From an uncultured Pelagibacteraceae bacterium (GTDB lineage: Bacteria > Pseudomonadota > Alphaproteobacteria > Pelagibacterales > Pelagibacteraceae), in NCBI GenBank assembly GCA_902524995.1, contig CABZFJ010000004.1, positions 7,560 through 71,559 on the forward strand: DNA of 64,000 bases. Direction: 5' to 3'. Both the position numbers and the translations under genes were made by a program. The notes beneath the pieces are model-generated. The model made no database searches. It was not told where the DNA came from and saw only the letters and a list, made by a program, of their open reading frames with translations. Below are positions 44,681 to 55,308 of the stretch, piece by piece; position 1 is the stretch's first letter; each line of letters starts with the position of its first letter.

Positions 44681-45472
44681 ATGTCTACATCAGGTCAAAA
44701 ACACGATTACCATTTAGTTGACCCTAGTCCTTGGCCTTTAGCTACATCTATAGCAACATTAGTTACAGCTTTTGGATCTGTTTATTATTTCCACAGTAAA
44801 GTCATGTGGGCGATGGTTTTAGGTTTTTTACTTATAATTTATTGTGCCTTTATGTGGTTCAGAGATGTTGTAATTGAAGCTGAGCATAAAGGTCATCACA
44901 CACCTGTTGTTCAAATTCATCACAGATATGGAATGACTTTATTTATTGCTTCTGAAGTAATGTTTTTTGTTGCATGGTTTTGGGCATACTTTGATGCAAG
45001 TTTGTTTCCAAATGAATTCATGGGAAATGTATGGCCACCGAAAGATATTGAAACTTTTGATCCATGGGATATCCCACTTATAAATACTCTTGTCTTACTT
45101 TTATCTGGTACAACAGTAACCTGGGCACACCATTCTTTGTTAGAGGACGACCGAAAAGGATTTATAAATGGTCTAATCTGTACGGTAATTTTAGGAGCAT
45201 TCTTTACTTTATTGCAAATATACGAATACCAACACGCTACATTTAGTTTTTCAGGTCACATTTATGGTGCTACATTCTATATGGCCACAGGGTTTCATGG
45301 CTTCCATGTATTAGTTGGGACTATTTTTTTAGCGGTTTGCTTATGGAGAGGTAAGTTAGGACACTTCACTAAAGAGCATCACTTTGGTTTCGAAGCTGCT
45401 GCTTGGTACTGGCACTTTGTTGACGTTGTCTGGCTATTTTTATTCGCAGCTATTTACATTTGGGGAAGTTAA
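44681..45472 (+). CDS. coxC: Cytochrome c oxidase subunit III
   Basis: HLVDPSPWP, FIASEVMFF, TGFHGFHV, WYWHFVDVVW. Confidence 0.97.
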   Translation: MSTSGQKHDYHLVDPSPWPLATSIATLVTAFGSVYYFHSKVMWAMVLGFLLIIYCAFMWFRDVVIEAEHKGHHTPVVQIHHRYGMTLFIASEVMFFVAWFWAYFDASLFPNEFMGNVWPPKDIETFDPWDIPLINTLVLLLSGTTVTWAHHSLLEDDRKGFINGLICTVILGAFFTLLQIYEYQHATFSFSGHIYGATFYMATGFHGFHVLVGTIFLAVCLWRGKLGHFTKEHHFGFEAAAWYWHFVDVVWLFLFAAIYIWGS

Positions 45473-45478
45473 TAGTTC

Positions 45479-46132
45479 TTGAAAAATAAGTTATCTTTTT
45501 CAATCTTTGTATACTTTTTTATTTTAGTTTTTTTATCATTAGGCACTTGGCAAATTGTAAGATTAAATTGGAAGCTTGAATTAATAAATTCAATTGACCA
45601 ATCCTTAAAAAGTGACCCAGCAGGATTTAATGGAAGTAATCCAATTAACTTTAAAAAGATCAAATTTGAAGGAATATTAGATAATTCAAAAATAATTTAT
45701 TTATACTCCTTAAATGAAAATGGAGAACCAGGATTTGATATTGTAAATCCAGTAAGCATTAACAATAAAAGCTATTTAATAAATCGAGGCTGGGTTCCAA
45801 GAGATTTTAAATCTAAAAAGTATGTTTCAAATGACAGTGAATTTGAGGGAGTTTTAAAATTAAAAAGCAAATTTAATTATTTCAAACCAGATAATGACGT
45901 CAATAATAATTATTGGTTCACTCTTAAAGATGAAGATTTATTGACCTATACAGGCAAAGAATTTTCTCCGTTCATTATCAACAATATTAGCAAGCAGGAA
46001 GGAATTTATCCTCAGTCAAAAAAAATAGGAGCCAATATTTCAAACAACCACTTAAAGTATGCTCTTACATGGTTTTCATTAGCTGTTTCCATTTTTTTAA
46101 TATATTTATATTTTAGAAAAAAAAATTACTAA
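45479..46132 (+). CDS. SURF1-family protein
   Basis: LGTWQIVRL.WK, INRGWVP, NNHLKYALTWF; TTG start. Confidence 0.92.
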   Translation: MKNKLSFSIFVYFFILVFLSLGTWQIVRLNWKLELINSIDQSLKSDPAGFNGSNPINFKKIKFEGILDNSKIIYLYSLNENGEPGFDIVNPVSINNKSYLINRGWVPRDFKSKKYVSNDSEFEGVLKLKSKFNYFKPDNDVNNNYWFTLKDEDLLTYTGKEFSPFIINNISKQEGIYPQSKKIGANISNNHLKYALTWFSLAVSIFLIYLYFRKKNY

Positions 46133-47505
46133 TGGAATATATAAGCACTAGAAATAATTCAGATCATTTTTCATTTAAAAAAATATTTTTGAAAGGTTTA
46201 GCTGATGATGGAGGTCTTTTTGTACCAAAGTTGATCAAACCATTTAGTAAAGATGAATTAAACAAACTAAGTAGTCTTAATTACAATGAATTAGCAGCTG
46301 AAATAATTTTCCCGTTTATTGGTGATTTTATGACTAAAAAAGAGTTAATTTCTACTATATCAAAATCTTACTCAAATTTTAGAGCAGAGGATGTTGTAAA
46401 AATTTCTGATTTAGGAGATTTAAAAGTATTAGAACTTTATCATGGCCCAACACTTGCATTTAAAGATATTGCAATGCAATTGATAGGAAATTTTTATCAA
46501 TACCATTTAGGAAAAGAGCAAGAAAAAATTAATATTATTGTAGCAACTTCAGGAGATACAGGTGCAGCAGCTATTGATGCTTTAAAAGGGAAAGAGAATT
46601 TAAACGTTTTTGTATTACATCCAAACAATAGAATTTCACCAGTGCAAAGACGACTTATGACAATACATGAAGAGAAAAATGTATTTAATATTGCTATCGA
46701 GGGGAACTTTGATGACTGTCAAAATCTAGTTAAAGCCATGTTTAACGATGAAAAATTTTCTAGCTCAATAAATATGTCAGGTGTTAATTCAATTAATTGG
46801 GCAAGAATTGTTGTTCAAGCTGTTTATTATTTTTACACTTATTTTAAAATAGGAAATGGACAGCCTCTGTCTTTTTCTGTTCCGACTGGAAATTTTGGAG
46901 ATATTTATGCTGGTTATTTAGCAAAAAAACTTGGTCTTCCAATTGATAAACTTATTGTAGCTACTAATAAAAATGACATCCTTCATAGAGCAATTTCTGG
47001 TGGGGATTATACTCAAAAGAAAGTTGAGGAAACAAATACCCCTAGCATGGATATCCAGATAGCAAGTAATTTTGAGAGACTTTTATATGACATTAAAGAC
47101 TGTAATTCAGATGTTACGAAAGATGTGATGAGTAAAATAAAAAATAATACTTATAAAATTGATAATAGTGACTTAGATGAAATAAAAAAGAATTTTACAT
47201 CTGAAATGTTAGATGAAAAAGAAACTATTCAAATGATAAAAGATATTAATAAAGAATATAAAGTTGTAGTTGATCCACATACTGCAGTTGGAATAGGTGC
47301 TGCAAAAAAACTTGGGTTAGAGCAAAATTGTGTTGTTTTATCTACAGCACACCCATGTAAGTTTCCAAAAGCAATAGAAGATGCAATCTCAAAAACTGAA
47401 GAATTACCAGATAGTCTTAAATATGTTTATAATAGAGAAGAAAAATTTGAAGTTATATCAAATGATATAAATAAAGTTAAAGATTATGTAATTAATTCCA
47501 TATGA
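46132..47505 (+). CDS. thrC: Threonine synthase
   Basis: YISTR, GLADDGGL, HGPTLAFKD, ATSGDTG, NSINWAR. Confidence 0.96.
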   Translation: MEYISTRNNSDHFSFKKIFLKGLADDGGLFVPKLIKPFSKDELNKLSSLNYNELAAEIIFPFIGDFMTKKELISTISKSYSNFRAEDVVKISDLGDLKVLELYHGPTLAFKDIAMQLIGNFYQYHLGKEQEKINIIVATSGDTGAAAIDALKGKENLNVFVLHPNNRISPVQRRLMTIHEEKNVFNIAIEGNFDDCQNLVKAMFNDEKFSSSINMSGVNSINWARIVVQAVYYFYTYFKIGNGQPLSFSVPTGNFGDIYAGYLAKKLGLPIDKLIVATNKNDILHRAISGGDYTQKKVEETNTPSMDIQIASNFERLLYDIKDCNSDVTKDVMSKIKNNTYKIDNSDLDEIKKNFTSEMLDEKETIQMIKDINKEYKVVVDPHTAVGIGAAKKLGLEQNCVVLSTAHPCKFPKAIEDAISKTEELPDSLKYVYNREEKFEVISNDINKVKDYVINSI

Positions 47506-47987
47506 AATTAAAAATAAAAGATCAAATCCCTGATATAGAAATTTTTCATATATTAGATGGTGAACCACAAACTAGCAAAATTAGAGATATTTTAGGAAAT
47601 GGTAAAGTTATTTTATTTGGATTACCTGGCGCCTTTACCTCAACTTGTTCAAAACTCCATCTTCCTGGATATGTTGCTAATGCCGATAAAATAAAATCTA
47701 AAGGAATAGATAATATATTTTGTTTATCTGTTAACGATCCTTTTGTTATGAATGCATGGGGAGAAGCAAATAATGCTGGAGGCAAAATTACAATGTTATC
47801 AGATCCTTATCTATTATTTACAAAAGCAATTGGAGCAGAAGTAGATAGAAATTCAAAAGGAATGGGTATTCGTTCAAATCGTTATGCGATGGTTATTCAA
47901 AACTTAGAAGTAGTTAATGTTAAAGTTGAGAAAGAGACTAAACAATGCGGTTTATCTTCAGCAGAGGGTATTTTAGATTTATTATAA
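47502..47987 (+). CDS. Peroxiredoxin (Prx5 type)
   Basis: GLPGAFTSTCS..HLPG, SVNDPFVMNAW, RSNRYAM. Confidence 0.93.
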   Translation: MKLKIKDQIPDIEIFHILDGEPQTSKIRDILGNGKVILFGLPGAFTSTCSKLHLPGYVANADKIKSKGIDNIFCLSVNDPFVMNAWGEANNAGGKITMLSDPYLLFTKAIGAEVDRNSKGMGIRSNRYAMVIQNLEVVNVKVEKETKQCGLSSAEGILDLL

Positions 47988-48051
47988 TTAGTATGGCAGT
48001 TCTGTTGTCCGTTCCAATTCAACTTATAACAGAATATAAAACTTTTTGAAT

Positions 48052-48075
48052 AGGTACATAGCAGGGTACATAGTT
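48052..48075. repeat. Tandem 12-bp repeat AGGTACATAGCA/GGGTACATAGTT
   Basis: GGTACATAG at 48053 and 48065. Confidence 0.85.
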
Positions 48076-48137
48076 AAACTATGATTTCTTTGTGACTACT
48101 TTGTAATTGAGGTTTTTTTCTGATATGTAATTCTTAA

Positions 48138-48560
48138 GTGAAATTAAATTGGATTATTTTTGTAACTGGATGGATGTCATTCAGAGCAGTTGGGTCAGGT
48201 TTGTTTTTGTTTTGGATCTTTACTGAAAATGAGCGTTCGGCACCATCCGAATGGATAGTTCCTTTTGTGGGCGACTTTTTTATTGGGATAACTGCTTTAT
48301 TTTTAGTTTACCACATTATAAAAAAACCAAGCACTATACTATGGGGTCTTTTGCTGTCTTGGAATGTGATTGGTTTGTTAGATTTAATCGGGGCAATAAA
48401 TGTAAGTTTTGCTGCTCCTTATGGACCTATACCAGAAATAGGATTTAATGAATTGGCAGTAAGATCTATTTTAATTTTAAATACTTTATTACAGATTTCT
48501 TGTATTTACCTATTGTTTCAAAAAGACATAAAAGAATATTTTAAAAAAAGTAAATTTTGA
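48138..48560 (+). CDS. Hypothetical 4-TM membrane protein (islet cargo)
   Basis: 140-aa GTG-start ORF; W..PFVGD..IG.TA and WN.IG..D pattern. Confidence 0.75.
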   Translation: MKLNWIIFVTGWMSFRAVGSGLFLFWIFTENERSAPSEWIVPFVGDFFIGITALFLVYHIIKKPSTILWGLLLSWNVIGLLDLIGAINVSFAAPYGPIPEIGFNELAVRSILILNTLLQISCIYLLFQKDIKEYFKKSKF

Positions 48561-48573
48561 GTTTTGAAGGTAT

Positions 48574-48604
48574 GGTACATAGTCAGTATATATTAGGTAC
48601 AGTC
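48574..48604. repeat. Three GGTACATAG-like units at 11-bp spacing
   Basis: GGTACATAG (48574), AGTATATAT (48585), GGTACAGTC (48596). Confidence 0.65.
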
Positions 48605-48676
48605 TTTTTAAAAATAATTATCGTTGATAGAGAAAGATAATAAATTATTTAAGGGTCGTTTTGTTGCCAGGTGCAC

Positions 48677-49102
48677 CTATATTGTGGCAGAGGACCTTGC
48701 CAATAAATCCACTTCATTGTTAAGTTTATCTGTTGAATGTGCTTTTACCCAACTCCATTTAATCTCAAATGTGTTTGAAAGATTATCTAATTCTGTCCAA
48801 AGTTCTTTATTCTTAACTTCTTTTTTATTTGCTGTTTTCCAACCATTTTTTTTCCAATTATGTATCCATTCAGTTATTCCAGATTTTACATATTTAGAAT
48901 CTGTAAATATTTGAACCTTGCTTCCTTTTCGAATTTTTTTTAAAGCTTTAATGGGGGCAAGTAATTCCATTTGATTATTTGTTGTCTCTTTTTTACTTCC
49001 TTTAATTTGAATTTTCTTTCCATTTTCAAAAATAATCGCAGCCCAACCACCATTTCCTGGATTTCCAATACATGAACCATCTGTGTAGATTTTAATCATC
49101 AA
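48677..49102 (-). CDS. rnhA: Ribonuclease HI
   Basis: YTDGSC.GNPG.GGW, TTNNQMEL, TDSKYV, WVKAH. Confidence 0.96.
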   Translation of the reverse strand: MMIKIYTDGSCIGNPGNGGWAAIIFENGKKIQIKGSKKETTNNQMELLAPIKALKKIRKGSKVQIFTDSKYVKSGITEWIHNWKKNGWKTANKKEVKNKELWTELDNLSNTFEIKWSWVKAHSTDKLNNEVDLLARSSATI

Positions 49103-50064
49103 GAATAATCCTTAAATGTACTCAGTTTCTTATGAAAGTTTAACTTATCTATATACTCCCTTGGATCTTTAATTTTAATGATAGCTTGTTTTGGAGTATT
49201 TAAATAATCATAAGATCTAGTTAAAAGATATCTTAAAGCTGATCCTCTACACAAAGTATTTAAATTTCTTTTTTCTATCTCACTTAATTTTCTAACTGAT
49301 TGGTAGCCTTTTAATAAATTTGAGGATCTATTTTTATCTAAAATAAATTTTCTATTTTTCCTTTTAAAACACAAAGCATTAATGCAGGTTGCTAATTCAT
49401 AAGATAGAAAATCATTAGCAGAAAAATAAAAGTCTATAAATCCATGAAATTTTCCCTTATTGAAAAAAATATTATCAATAAACAGATCGCTATGAATTAT
49501 TCCATTTGGCATTTTTTTAGGCCATTTTTTTTTGATATCTTTCAAATCATCTTTCATTATATCTTTTAAGTTTTTTGATAATTTATTAATTTTATTGTCG
49601 ATTTTATTTAGAATTGACCCCCATGAATTTATCGATAGTGAATTTTTCCTATATATTTTTAATTTTTTTGAAGCCTCATGAAGTAGCGCTGTATTTTTTC
49701 CAACTATAAAACAATCCTTATTATTTAGTTGATCTTTATCTTTTCCTTCCAAGAAACTGACAATACAAGCTTTTTTATTTTTTAAATTAAATAAATATTT
49801 GCCTTCATTGTCTTTTATGGGAACTGGACATTTTACTTCTAATTTAGACAGACCAGACATAAGATTAATAAAAAATGGAAGATCTTTTTTCTGAACTCTT
49901 TTTTCGTAAATAGTTAAGATATATTTATTTTTTTTCGTCTTTAAAAGAAAGTTTGTATTTTCAATACCTTTTTTTATACCTGAATAATTTTCTATTTTTC
50001 CAATATTATATTTTTTCTCGATAAATTTTATCTGCCTATTATTAATTTTAGTATAAACTGCCAT
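49099..50064 (-). CDS. thrB: Homoserine kinase (type II)
   Basis: MAVYT, GIENTNF, IHSDLFIDN, IDFYF, KDPREY. Confidence 0.92.
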   Translation of the reverse strand: MAVYTKINNRQIKFIEKKYNIGKIENYSGIKKGIENTNFLLKTKKNKYILTIYEKRVQKKDLPFFINLMSGLSKLEVKCPVPIKDNEGKYLFNLKNKKACIVSFLEGKDKDQLNNKDCFIVGKNTALLHEASKKLKIYRKNSLSINSWGSILNKIDNKINKLSKNLKDIMKDDLKDIKKKWPKKMPNGIIHSDLFIDNIFFNKGKFHGFIDFYFSANDFLSYELATCINALCFKRKNRKFILDKNRSSNLLKGYQSVRKLSEIEKRNLNTLCRGSALRYLLTRSYDYLNTPKQAIIKIKDPREYIDKLNFHKKLSTFKDYS

Positions 50065-51008
50065 TAATTTAATTTTCCAGGAATTTTAAAAGTTATATTT
50101 TCCTTTACGATTTCAACTTCTTCAATGTTTACTGTAAATTGATCTTTTAACTCTGCTATGAATTTTTCTACAAGTATTTCTGGTGCTGAAGCACCCGAGG
50201 AGACTCCAATCGTATTACATCCTTTAATCTTATCTATAGGCACTGGACTTTCTGAGTGTATTAACTCAGCAGAACTACAACCAGAGTTTTTAGCAACCTC
50301 AACTAATCTTACCGAGTTAGATGAATTCCTACTTCCAATTACAAAAAACATATCACATTTATCTGCTATTTCTTTAACTGCTGATTGTCTATTTGTTGTT
50401 GCATAACATATGTCATCTTTTTTAGGCTCTTTAATGTCTGGGAATTTAGATTTTAGAGCTCCAATAATATCTTTGGTATCATCTACAGAGAGCGTTGTTT
50501 GAGTTATGAAGGATAGCTTTTTATTTGAAATATTTTCATAATTATTTGCATCCTCAATATTTTCTATTAAATCTATTGAACCTTTCGGCAGTTGACCCAT
50601 AGTTCCAATTACTTCTGGATGGTTTTTGTGTCCTATTAATAATATATGATGACCTTGTTTATTTAAGTTTTCTGCTTCTCTATGAACTTTTGATACCAGA
50701 GGACATGTTGCATCTACAAACATCATATTTAAATTAGAAGCTTCCTCTGGGACAGACTTTGGCACTCCATGTGCTGAGAATATAACTGGTCTAGACTTAT
50801 CTTTGATTTCATCTAATTCTTCAACAAATATCGCTCCTATTTTCTTTAAACTTTCTACAACATGTTTGTTATGTACAATTTCGTGTCTCACATAAACTGG
50901 AGCACCAAATTTATCTATACTCTTTTTTACAATTTCAATTGCTCTATCAACTCCTGCACAAAATCCTCTTGGTGCAGCTAAATAGATTTTTAAATTTTTG
51001 TTACTCAT
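50064..51008 (-). CDS. ispH: 4-hydroxy-3-methylbut-2-enyl diphosphate reductase
   Basis: PRGFCAGVDRA, DATCPLV, HPEV, ICYATTNRQ, SSNS. Confidence 0.97.
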   Translation of the reverse strand: MSNKNLKIYLAAPRGFCAGVDRAIEIVKKSIDKFGAPVYVRHEIVHNKHVVESLKKIGAIFVEELDEIKDKSRPVIFSAHGVPKSVPEEASNLNMMFVDATCPLVSKVHREAENLNKQGHHILLIGHKNHPEVIGTMGQLPKGSIDLIENIEDANNYENISNKKLSFITQTTLSVDDTKDIIGALKSKFPDIKEPKKDDICYATTNRQSAVKEIADKCDMFFVIGSRNSSNSVRLVEVAKNSGCSSAELIHSESPVPIDKIKGCNTIGVSSGASAPEILVEKFIAELKDQFTVNIEEVEIVKENITFKIPGKLN

Positions 51009-51898
51009 TTTTTTTCCACCATGAATTCAAGTAAAATATGAGGAAAGGTCAATGAAGCCAATCCAACAAATATTATTTTAATAATACTTTCATCTATACC
51101 AAATTTTTCTGAAATAAAATAAAAAAATATTAAATACATCATTGCAGTGATTACTGTAAGTGGAATAATTTTTCGTAAAAAAATAGGAAATCCTTTCATC
51201 AAATTTTTATTTATTCCATTAATTAAACTTAGTGAGTGTCTTATAGAATGAAGAAAGCAGAAATAAATTGTAAAAGCCAATATTGGGTTAAAAAAATAGT
51301 TTAAAATAATTATTGAAAAACTATCTAAAAAAAGAATTGATCTTAAATCATTATTATTACCTCTATATATAAGAAAATTACTTAGCACTGATAATATAAT
51401 TAAAGGAATTAAAAAATTATTAGCCACAATATTTTCGTCTATTGAAAAGTTTAACATTTTAAAAATTTCGATTGTCTCAGCTTTATGGAACATTAAGGGC
51501 GCAGAAATAACTAATGATCCTTTAATAAAATAAAAAATTTCTAAAAAATTAACATTTTTTGTTTTGATAAAGTCACTATCCTCTTTGCCAAAATGATATG
51601 CTGCAACTATTAAAAAAAGCGAAAGCAATAATATTGGACTTAAAATCCAAATTAAAATAACAAAAATAGCAATACCTAAATAAGTTATATAGAACACTTC
51701 TGTATTTTTAATTTTATAAATTTTTAAAAGCTTTTTACCTTTTTCATGATCTAACGCACCATGAGATATTCCAATTGTAAGAATTAAAAAAAAACTAAAA
51801 AGTATAAACGAATTATCTCTCAATACCTCAAAGGCAGAAAAAAAAATACATATATTAAAAAAGATAATAGAATGAAAAAAATTTATTTTGTTGATCAT
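51005..51898 (-). CDS. blh: Beta-carotene 15,15'-dioxygenase (Brp/Blh)
   Basis: GISHGALD, YHFG, HSIRH, LTFPH conserved His motifs. Confidence 0.92.
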   Translation of the reverse strand: MINKINFFHSIIFFNICIFFSAFEVLRDNSFILFSFFLILTIGISHGALDHEKGKKLLKIYKIKNTEVFYITYLGIAIFVILIWILSPILLLSLFLIVAAYHFGKEDSDFIKTKNVNFLEIFYFIKGSLVISAPLMFHKAETIEIFKMLNFSIDENIVANNFLIPLIILSVLSNFLIYRGNNNDLRSILFLDSFSIIILNYFFNPILAFTIYFCFLHSIRHSLSLINGINKNLMKGFPIFLRKIIPLTVITAMMYLIFFYFISEKFGIDESIIKIIFVGLASLTFPHILLEFMVEKK

Positions 51899-52974
51899 TA
51901 CTTAAATACAGCTTTAATAAAAATCCATTTTGGCATCTTTAATATAATGGATAAGTCTTCGAAAATATTACTTTTATTGGATAGGAAATTAATTACTGTT
52001 TTTGACTTGCTTTTAAACATTTTGAAGAAAATATTTGGCATGATCTCTGGCTTTTCAGCAAGGACTTTCAAAAAAACACTATCTAAAAACTTATACTTAC
52101 TTTTTATATTGAAAGCTCTAGTTTGGGTTATTTTATCAATGTTTTGGGTTATATATTCTGCTTGTTCTTGGATATTCAGGAAAGTATAGCCAGTACTCAA
52201 ACGCGTCATACCTCCAGCAGTTCCAATATTAATCGTATTTTTATCGTTTTTAAATTTTGGATAAAATAATGGTATAGCCCCAACTTCTTTATAATTAATT
52301 TTATATTTTTTTAATTTTAAAGTGTTTTCGATGTAATCAGTAATTTGTTTATCATAATCTTTTTCACTATCATCTTCCATTATTGAAAGCCACGTAGTTT
52401 CGATTAAAGCTGATTTTTTTGAATAGGGTAGTGTATAGAAAAAATGAACACTTTTTTTTTGATCACAATCAAAGTCCATTAAATTCATTATTTGATCATC
52501 AAAAAAGTCTTTTTCGGTTTCAATCTCAACACCTTGAAAGTGTTGCCATAAATTAGAAACTTTATTCTCAAGATTTGGTAAACTGTTAAATAAAATTGCT
52601 TTTTCAGTATTTACATCACTAATATCTTTAAAGAATTGAATATTAGGATTTTTATTGATTTTATTTAAAATCTTTTTGTAGAATAGCCCACTATCAATAC
52701 TTTCGTAAGGAGTCTCTTTACAATCTTTATATTCAACATTTCCTTTAAAATTGATTGTAAAATCTTTCCATCTTTTTTTTACACAGTCATCAAACTTGTG
52801 AGGTACGGTTTTCCAGTATGACCAGGTTTTGTCTCTTTTGTATTCATCTCTTTTTTCAATAATTGCTAAAGTCTTATTTTTAAGTTTATCGTGATACTCT
52901 AACTCATAAGCCAATGTTAAGCCTGCACAGCCACCTCCAATAATTATGTAATCAAAATCTTTCATTATACTCAA
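51898..52974 (-). CDS. crtY: Lycopene beta-cyclase
   Basis: IIGGGCAGL, DKTWSYW, LMDF, FFYTLP, E.GAIP, STGYTF. Confidence 0.88.
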   Translation of the reverse strand: MSIMKDFDYIIIGGGCAGLTLAYELEYHDKLKNKTLAIIEKRDEYKRDKTWSYWKTVPHKFDDCVKKRWKDFTINFKGNVEYKDCKETPYESIDSGLFYKKILNKINKNPNIQFFKDISDVNTEKAILFNSLPNLENKVSNLWQHFQGVEIETEKDFFDDQIMNLMDFDCDQKKSVHFFYTLPYSKKSALIETTWLSIMEDDSEKDYDKQITDYIENTLKLKKYKINYKEVGAIPLFYPKFKNDKNTINIGTAGGMTRLSTGYTFLNIQEQAEYITQNIDKITQTRAFNIKSKYKFLDSVFLKVLAEKPEIMPNIFFKMFKSKSKTVINFLSNKSNIFEDLSIILKMPKWIFIKAVFK

Positions 52975-53806
52975 TATCTTGCATTATTATCTCATGCTCT
53001 TTTATTGTAAGTTTTTTATCTTCCTTTACAAAATATAATTTAATCAAATCACTAATAGATAGCACTGTATGTAAGACTTTTCCCAAATTGTTTACATAAA
53101 TTTTTCCTGATTTATTATAATTTTCTAAGTTTCTTTTTTTTAAGATTTCATTTCCAATTTGTCTATATACTCGTCTTGCAACCAAAATTGAAAATCTTAA
53201 AAAGAATGGAATTTTTTTAATTGATATAAATGAATTATTATAAAATTTGTCAGCAATTTTTAGAATTCTTTTAATTTCATCAAAATTCTTTTTTATATAA
53301 AACCTATTATTGCCTTCATCTTCAATAACATCTCTTGAAATATTAGTTAATTGCATTGCAATACCCAAGTCAATTGCTCCTAAAAGTGCTGATCTTTCTT
53401 TGACATTTAAAATTTTTGCCATCATTAATCCAACTGTTCCAGCCACTCTATATGAATAAACATATAGATCTTTGTCAGTGTTGATTTCTACTTTTGATTT
53501 TATATCAGCCTCGACGCCATCGAATAAATCATCAATTATTCTTTGGGATATTCCAAATTTATTTATTAAATCCCACATATTTTTTATTATTTGATTATTT
53601 TCATTTTTCAATTTGAAATCTTGTTTGAAAGTATTGAAATTTTTCAATTTCGTATCAAGATCACCTTTTTCATCTGCTAAATTGTCTATATACCTACAAA
53701 AATCGTATAAATTAGAACAATCAGAGTAGACTTGCTTCGGCAAAAAGAAACCTGCCCAATTAAAAGATTTAGCGTATATCGATAAGTAATTTTGTTCATT
53801 CATCAC
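52952..53806 (-). CDS. crtB: Phytoene synthase
   Basis: AKSF, YDFCRYIDNLAD, YRVAGTVG, AMQLTNISRDV.ED. Confidence 0.93.
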   Translation of the reverse strand: MMNEQNYLSIYAKSFNWAGFFLPKQVYSDCSNLYDFCRYIDNLADEKGDLDTKLKNFNTFKQDFKLKNENNQIIKNMWDLINKFGISQRIIDDLFDGVEADIKSKVEINTDKDLYVYSYRVAGTVGLMMAKILNVKERSALLGAIDLGIAMQLTNISRDVIEDEGNNRFYIKKNFDEIKRILKIADKFYNNSFISIKKIPFFLRFSILVARRVYRQIGNEILKKRNLENYNKSGKIYVNNLGKVLHTVLSISDLIKLYFVKEDKKLTIKEHEIIMQDIEYNERF

Positions 53807-55260
53807 AAAATTTTATCTAAGACTTTTGCGGATGATAGGACTCCTGGCACACCAGCCCCAGGATGAGTGCCCGCTCCAACAAAATATAAACCATCATAAA
53901 CCTCAGATTTATTATGAAATCTAAAGTATGCTGATTGAGAAAATTTGGGCTGAATTGAAAAACCTGAGCCGTATTTTGTATTTAATTCGTTCTCAAAATA
54001 ATCAGGAGTTAAATAAAAATCATCTACAATATTTTCTCTTAAATTAGGTAATAAACTTTTTTCCATTTTATCTATTACGAGTTTTTTTAAATTCTCACCT
54101 TCGACTGACCAGTCTATTCCTGATTTATTATTAGGTACAGGCACTAATACATAAAAGCAATCATGGTCTTTTGGTGCCATACTAGAATCTGTTGCAGTAG
54201 GTCTATGTAAGTAATAGCTTATATCATTATTTAATTTTTTGTTTACAAATATATCATCCAAGTGCTCTTTGTACTTATCACCAAACTTTATAGTATGATG
54301 TTCAACATTTTCATATTTTTTCTTCGTTCCAAAGTAATAAACAAATAATCCCATTGAATATTCCATTCTATTTATCTTCCAATTAAATAAAGTGTTATAT
54401 TTTTGATTTTTTAGCATTTTGGAATAAACACCAGGAGGATCCGCGTTACAAACTACGTTATCTGCTTTAATTTCTTCATCTTCACTTGTCACAACCCCAA
54501 CAACTTTTTTATTTTCTGTAAGTAAGTTTTTAACTTCTGTACTTTTAATAATTGTAACATCTTCTTCTAGCATCAATTTCTCAAACCCTTTTATGATTTG
54601 TCCTGTCCCACCCATAGAATAATGAATTCCCCATTTTTTTTCTAAATATAAAATTAATCCATATATAGAGGTTGTTGTAAAAGGGTTCCCACCTACCAAT
54701 AATGGGTGCATGCTAAATAGCCTTCTTAGTTTTTCATTTTCAATAAAACCACTGACCAAAGAATAAACAGATTTATAACTTTTTAAACTTAGTAACGCAG
54801 GAATTTGCTTAAACATAAATGAAGGTTTATCAAATGGTACATCTGATAATTCTGAATAACCCTTATCAAATATTTTTTTTGTAAATTTAAGTAAATTTCT
54901 GTAACCAACAACATCTTTATGATTAATTAATGTAATTTGCTCTTCCATTTTCTTTTCATCTGCTGAATAATCAAAATGGCTTCCATCTTCAAAAACAAAT
55001 CTGTACCAAGTATCCAAATCCTTTATTTTTATGTAATCATCTGGATTTTTATTAAAAAGTTTAAAAATTTCATAAATTAAATAAGGAGCAGTTATTACAG
55101 TTGGTCCACCATCATAAGTAAAACCATTACTTTTAAATACTCTCGCTCTTCCTCCTAAATCTTTTTGTTTTTCAATTAAAGTAACTTTATGACCTTTTGC
55201 CCGAAGTCTAAGAGCTGCTGCTATGCCACCAAAACCTGACCCAATTACAATTGAATTCAT
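53803..55260 (-). CDS. crtI: Phytoene desaturase
   Basis: IGSGFGG, GGRA, DGGPTVIT, LLVGGNP, GAGTHPGAGVPGV. Confidence 0.95.
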   Translation of the reverse strand: MNSIVIGSGFGGIAAALRLRAKGHKVTLIEKQKDLGGRARVFKSNGFTYDGGPTVITAPYLIYEIFKLFNKNPDDYIKIKDLDTWYRFVFEDGSHFDYSADEKKMEEQITLINHKDVVGYRNLLKFTKKIFDKGYSELSDVPFDKPSFMFKQIPALLSLKSYKSVYSLVSGFIENEKLRRLFSMHPLLVGGNPFTTTSIYGLILYLEKKWGIHYSMGGTGQIIKGFEKLMLEEDVTIIKSTEVKNLLTENKKVVGVVTSEDEEIKADNVVCNADPPGVYSKMLKNQKYNTLFNWKINRMEYSMGLFVYYFGTKKKYENVEHHTIKFGDKYKEHLDDIFVNKKLNNDISYYLHRPTATDSSMAPKDHDCFYVLVPVPNNKSGIDWSVEGENLKKLVIDKMEKSLLPNLRENIVDDFYLTPDYFENELNTKYGSGFSIQPKFSQSAYFRFHNKSEVYDGLYFVGAGTHPGAGVPGVLSSAKVLDKIL

Positions 55261-55308
55261 ATTCCTTAATTTACATTATTTTTATAAAATTTGATAAACT
55301 ATCTTAGT

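Larger units (their letters stand above)
47988..48676. mobile_element. Putative single-gene islet between prx and rnhA
   Basis: Unusually long non-coding flanks (150 and 116 bp), both carrying tandem GGTACATAG motifs; no integrase and no firm att core. Confidence 0.45.

Noticed and set aside
48620-48677. tRNA-Arg-like fragments (GTTGATAGAG...GGGTCG...CCAGGTGCACC) at the right edge of the rnhA islet
   Set aside because: No TTCGAA T-loop, no 5' acceptor strand to pair and no anticodon stem; cannot be supported as a tRNA or tRNA-derived att site
48624-48914. 96-aa plus-strand ORF
   Set aside because: Mostly antisense to rnhA
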